A DNA stretch of 36,462 nt from an uncultured Singulisphaera sp. (lineage in GTDB: Bacteria; Planctomycetota; UBA1135; UBA2386). The stretch lies in assembly GCA_964514315.1 (NCBI GenBank), contig CAZEQF010000003.1, forward strand, positions 2,916 to 39,377. Reading direction: 5' to 3'. A model generated the notes under the pieces. The model was not told where the DNA came from. It did not search any database and saw only the letters and a program-made list of their open reading frames with translations. Each line of letters opens with the position of its first letter. The first letter of the stretch is position 1. Shown here one piece after another: positions 33,259-36,462 of this stretch. The translations under genes were made by a program, and so were the position numbers.

Positions 33259-33286
33259 TCGCAGCAGCTCGCGCGAGTATCGAGCG

Positions 33287-36232
33287 CTACTTGCCGCCGC
33301 TCGACTCGGCGCGCCGTCGATTGTCGCCGATCTTTGCGAGCGCCTCGGCAAAGCCAGGGGCATCGCGCAACGTGTCGAAAGACTCGTTGTCGCGGACCCG
33401 TTCGTAGTCGCCGCAACCGAGATCAGCGGCCTTGCGCATGCACGACATCGCCTGTGCCACGACGTCCTTCGCGAGGTCCGCCCGCTCCTGCGCCGTCGAC
33501 GATGCATCGTCGAGCGCGATCGTGACCGAAGCGCCGAGCAGTTCCGCCGCGAGGATCTGCGACTCCGAGTCCTCTGGCCGCAGGCTCGCGATCCGCGCCG
33601 CGCATTCGCGCTGCGAGCGATGGTCGCCCAACGCGCCGGCGGCGAGCGCCTGGTGCCATACGACGGCGTGCAGTTGGTCCTGCCATGCGGTGCGCTGCGG
33701 CTCCTCGGCGACGGCCCGCTCGATGCCGGCGCGCGCCTCGGCGAGCATCGAAGACGCCGTCTTCGCGTCGCCGTCGTCCGCGTGGATCACGGCGAGATTG
33801 GCGAGGCCCGCGCAGAGGTTGACGCCGTTCTCGAGCACCGAGGGATCCGCGGCGACGAGCCGCCGCAACGTCGCGATCGAGGCCTCGAGCAATGCGCGCC
33901 GCTCCGTTCGACGGCCTTCGTCGTGGAGCAGCAGGACAGCGAGGTTGTTCTGCGCGTTCGCGAGCATGCGCAACACGGTGGTGCTGTCGGGCTGCTCGTC
34001 GAGCAGCGTCTCGTAGCCGTCGATCGCGCGCCGGTAGCGCCGCTCGGCCTCGGCGAGATCGCCGTTCTGCTGCGCGATCGCGGCGCGCAGCGTCTCGATG
34101 CGCACTCGATGGCGACGCACGACGGCGGAACGGCTCGCCGTCCCGCTCTCCGCAGCCGCCAGGTCGTTGCAGCGCGCGAGTTGTCGAGCCGCCTCCTCGG
34201 CGAGGCCTTGTTGCGCGAGCATCGCGGCCCGGTCGCACGAGGCCACGAAGTAGCGCTCGAAGGCATCGCCCCGGTCCGGCCGCGTCGCATCGATGCCGCG
34301 GATCGCGTCCCAAGCTGCATCCAGCGCTCGTTGGCATTCGGCAGCGGTCGCTGCGTCGCTGTCCTTCCGAACCAAGAACGCGCGCGCCTGCTCGACGGAG
34401 ATCACGTGGATGGCCGCGCGCACCGCGTCCTGTGCGGCGACCGACTGCAGCAGCACGCTCGCGCGATCGAGGTCGGAACGCGCGGACTCGGCATCGCCGA
34501 GTTGTTGCCGCATCTTGCCGCGCAACGTCATCGCCTTGGCGAGGAGGATCTTGGAGTCGAGGCCATCGGCGTCACGCGCCGCCGCGCGGTCCGCGAGCGC
34601 CACGGCGCGATCCGCGGCGGCGAGCGCCTCGGTGGTGCGGCCGAGCTCGCTCGACAACGTCGCGACCTGGAAGCTGGAGTCCGCGGCCTGCGCGACGGCC
34701 TCCGAATCGTCCTCGCCGTCGGCGAGGAACCGCTCGTGGAAGTCGCGCGCGCTGAGCAGCAACCGTTCGCGCACGCCTTGCATGCGCGGCAACTCGAACA
34801 GCTCTTCGTTGGCAACCTGTTGCAGCAATACCGAAACGGCCTCGCGGCCGCGGTCGCGATCGCGACGCGCGGCATCGAGCGCCGCCTGGATGCGCGCATT
34901 CGCGAGGCTCTGCTGCACGAGGAACACGGTGGGGGCCACGAACAGCAGCAACGCCGTGGCGACCGACGTGACCGCGCGCGCCGGGTGGCGCTGGGTCCAT
35001 CGCTGCGCGCGCCGCAAAGCGCCTGGCGGCGAGGCTGCGATCGGCCGCGACGCGAGCACGTTGCCGAGGTCGGAGGCGAACTCCTCGGCGCTCGCGTAGC
35101 GATCGCGGCGATCGGTGGCGATCGCCTTCTTGCAGACGATCGCGAGGTCGCGTGGCACCGCCGCGTTGCGCGCGCGCAACGGCGGTGACGCTCCGTCGAG
35201 CACAAGCCTTCGTGCTTCTTCCGCCGAGTCGACCGCGAACGGCGCGTGCAGCGTCAGCAACTCGTAGAGCGTCACCCCGAGCGAATAGATGTCCGTGCGC
35301 GCGTCGAGGTCGCGTTCGCCGCGCACCTGTTCCGGCGACATGTAAGCGGGGCTGCCGATCACGCTCTGTGACGCGGTGAGCCGCGAGGCTCCTGTTGCGG
35401 CGGCGAGGCCGAAGTCGAGCAACTGCGCGCGGCCGTCCTGCGTGAGCACGACGTTGGCTGGCTTCACGTCGCGGTGCAGCACGCCGCGGCGATGCGCGTG
35501 CTCGAGCGCCAGGGCAACGTCGCGCACGATGCGCGCGCACGCGCTGGTCCACGAGTCGTCGCCGAACGCGCCACGCGCCGGGGTCGTCGCGGCGACCTGA
35601 TCCTTCGAGCGAGCGACCTCTGCGATCGAGCGGTCGAGGTCGCTGCCTGCGAGGCGAGCGGGTCGCGATCCGTCGAGCGCGCGGATCACGTCGTCGAGCG
35701 TCGCGCCGAGGACGTATTCCATCGCCATCCACGGCACACCCTGGTCTTCGCCCGCGGCGTAGACGGGGACGATGCCTGGATGCTGCAGCCGTGCGATGGC
35801 CTCGACCTCGCGCTTGAAGCGATCGCGCGCGCCGTCGAACCACAGGTGCTCGGGCCGGATGAGCTTCAACGCGACCTGGCGCGCGAGCGAATCCTGCTCG
35901 GCGAGGTAGACGACGCCCATGCCGCCGCCGCCGAGTCGCGCGAGCAGTCGGAAGTCGCCGAGCCGTTCCGGGAACGATTCACGAGCTGTGCGCGCCGGCG
36001 TCGTGTCGTCGCCAAGGAGTCCGAGACCCCGCAGGCGATCGACGTGGCGACGCAGCGCTTCGGCGTGCTCCGGATGCGATGCGATCGCGCGATCGACCGA
36101 GGCCATGCCGCCCTGTTCGTGCAGGTCGAGGACCTGCTCGAGCAGTCGTTCGAGCCCGTCGTCGTCGGGCGGTGGCTTCTGCGTGTCGGCCAAGCGACGG
36201 CGACTATCGCCGCGACATTGCCGACGCGCCAC
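33287..36232 (-). CDS. membrane Ser/Thr protein kinase with a ~530-aa C-terminal TPR domain
   Basis: Hanks kinase motifs GGGGMGVVY, VALKLI, HRDVKPANVVL, DFGLA and SPAYMSPEQ. One TM, AVTSVATALLLFVAPTVFLV (about 34913-34975). Many TPR-like helices follow. Start is GTG 36232 (track) or in-frame TTG 36193. Confidence 0.85.
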   Translation of the reverse strand: MARRQCRGDSRRRLADTQKPPPDDDGLERLLEQVLDLHEQGGMASVDRAIASHPEHAEALRRHVDRLRGLGLLGDDTTPARTARESFPERLGDFRLLARLGGGGMGVVYLAEQDSLARQVALKLIRPEHLWFDGARDRFKREVEAIARLQHPGIVPVYAAGEDQGVPWMAMEYVLGATLDDVIRALDGSRPARLAGSDLDRSIAEVARSKDQVAATTPARGAFGDDSWTSACARIVRDVALALEHAHRRGVLHRDVKPANVVLTQDGRAQLLDFGLAAATGASRLTASQSVIGSPAYMSPEQVRGERDLDARTDIYSLGVTLYELLTLHAPFAVDSAEEARRLVLDGASPPLRARNAAVPRDLAIVCKKAIATDRRDRYASAEEFASDLGNVLASRPIAASPPGALRRAQRWTQRHPARAVTSVATALLLFVAPTVFLVQQSLANARIQAALDAARRDRDRGREAVSVLLQQVANEELFELPRMQGVRERLLLSARDFHERFLADGEDDSEAVAQAADSSFQVATLSSELGRTTEALAAADRAVALADRAAARDADGLDSKILLAKAMTLRGKMRQQLGDAESARSDLDRASVLLQSVAAQDAVRAAIHVISVEQARAFLVRKDSDAATAAECQRALDAAWDAIRGIDATRPDRGDAFERYFVASCDRAAMLAQQGLAEEAARQLARCNDLAAAESGTASRSAVVRRHRVRIETLRAAIAQQNGDLAEAERRYRRAIDGYETLLDEQPDSTTVLRMLANAQNNLAVLLLHDEGRRTERRALLEASIATLRRLVAADPSVLENGVNLCAGLANLAVIHADDGDAKTASSMLAEARAGIERAVAEEPQRTAWQDQLHAVVWHQALAAGALGDHRSQRECAARIASLRPEDSESQILAAELLGASVTIALDDASSTAQERADLAKDVVAQAMSCMRKAADLGCGDYERVRDNESFDTLRDAPGFAEALAKIGDNRRRAESSGGK

Positions 36233-36277
36233 CCGCGCGCCGCGTGGTTAGGATGCGTAGCCTCGAGCGGACCCCGC

Positions 36278-36462
36278 ATGAGTGATGCCATCGACATCGA
36301 AAAGTCGTCTGCCCGCGCGCCGCGCCGCGCCGCGTCGATCCTCGTGTCGGCATGTGTCGTGTTCGTGTCGCATGCGAGAGCCCAGCGAGTAGCGGTGGAC
36401 GAGTTCGCCAAGCTGGAGCCCGTGCTGCAGGCGGCGATGCAGAAGGCCGCGCCGTTCGTCGT
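36278..36462 (+). CDS. secreted protein, N-terminal part only (possibly another HtrA-like protease); runs off the right edge
   Basis: Not in the ORF track (no stop in the window). ATG 36278 gives MSDAIDIEKSSARAPRRAASILVSACVVFVSHARAQRVAVDEFAKLEPVLQAAMQKAAPFVV. This is a signal peptide followed by a ...AAPFVV segment resembling the start of the trypsin fold in the two HtrA-like genes (CAPAVCSV, LLPSIVKV). The overlapping minus ORF 35866-36411 looks like a shadow. Confidence 0.45.
   Translation, partial: MSDAIDIEKSSARAPRRAASILVSACVVFVSHARAQRVAVDEFAKLEPVLQAAMQKAAPFV

Noticed and set aside
33267-33285. The palindrome CTCGCGCGAG and the 5-bp stem GCTCG/CGAGC between the sigma and kinase stops, as a terminator
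   Set aside because: The stem is only 5 bp with a 9-nt loop and no U-tract. That is too weak to call in a GC-rich background.
33218-35188. Plus-strand ORF 33218-35188 (656 aa) and other ORFs overlapping the kinase gene
   Set aside because: They are antisense shadows of the STK-TPR gene, which has unambiguous Hanks kinase motifs. The shadows have no motifs and are Arg/Ala-rich.
1-36462. CRISPR arrays, tRNA/rRNA genes, IS elements, integrases, phage or defence-island hallmarks
   Set aside because: I saw no spaced direct repeats, no tRNA-like or rRNA-like segments, no transposase, integrase or recombinase-like translations, and no obvious low-GC island. Composition looks uniform by eye.

Overview
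High-GC window (about two-thirds or more G+C by eye, not computed), almost fully coding. I saw no rRNA, tRNA, CRISPR array, transposase or integrase. High GC produces many long Arg/Ala/Pro-rich shadow ORFs in the track. I kept only frames with normal protein composition and recognisable motifs. Start codons were placed by hand, and several real genes are only the 3' parts of longer track ORFs.

Layout:
(1) 1-1028, minus strand: a partial gene and a small secreted protein.
(2) 1094-9627, plus strand: nine tightly packed or overlapping genes. They encode a gluzincin-like peptidase, a Bor-like lipoprotein, RNase HIII, a beta-CASP MBL nuclease, a DapF-like protein, LemA, an SDR, a secreted protein and an M48 peptidase.
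(3) 9647-11929, minus strand: a HEAT + beta-module + beta-propeller protein.
(4) 12058-30318, plus strand: a ten-gene, ~18 kb translationally coupled operon in which every product is predicted to be in the envelope. Order: TPR/PQQ-like propeller, prenyltransferase-like toroid, BatA_N/vWA-like, MIDAS-vWA, large membrane protein, coiled coil, TPR-like, NPCBM-like, HtrA, catalytically dead HtrA.
(5) 30421-32553, minus strand: a repeat-bearing class-A beta-lactamase-fold hydrolase, divergent from an ECF sigma factor (32668-33258). The sigma gene is convergent with a membrane Ser/Thr kinase-TPR gene (33287-36232).
(6) 36278-36462, plus strand: the start of another secreted, possibly HtrA-like, gene.

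Gene content (BatA_N, PQQ-like and prenyltransferase-repeat proteins, NPCBM-like, ECF + STK) resembles Planctomycetota/PVC-like or similar high-GC lineages. That placement is inference only.

The best candidate for an undescribed system is the ten-gene vWA/MIDAS envelope operon, which has no MoxR/DUF58 genes in this window. Other notable points:
- an HtrA paralogue with all three catalytic residues replaced;
- a DapF-like protein whose second catalytic Cys is Phe (TTC versus TGC);
- an ECF sigma/STK pair with no anti-sigma gene;
- a beta-lactamase-fold protein with five N-terminal tandem repeats and an unassigned Cys-containing C-terminal domain.
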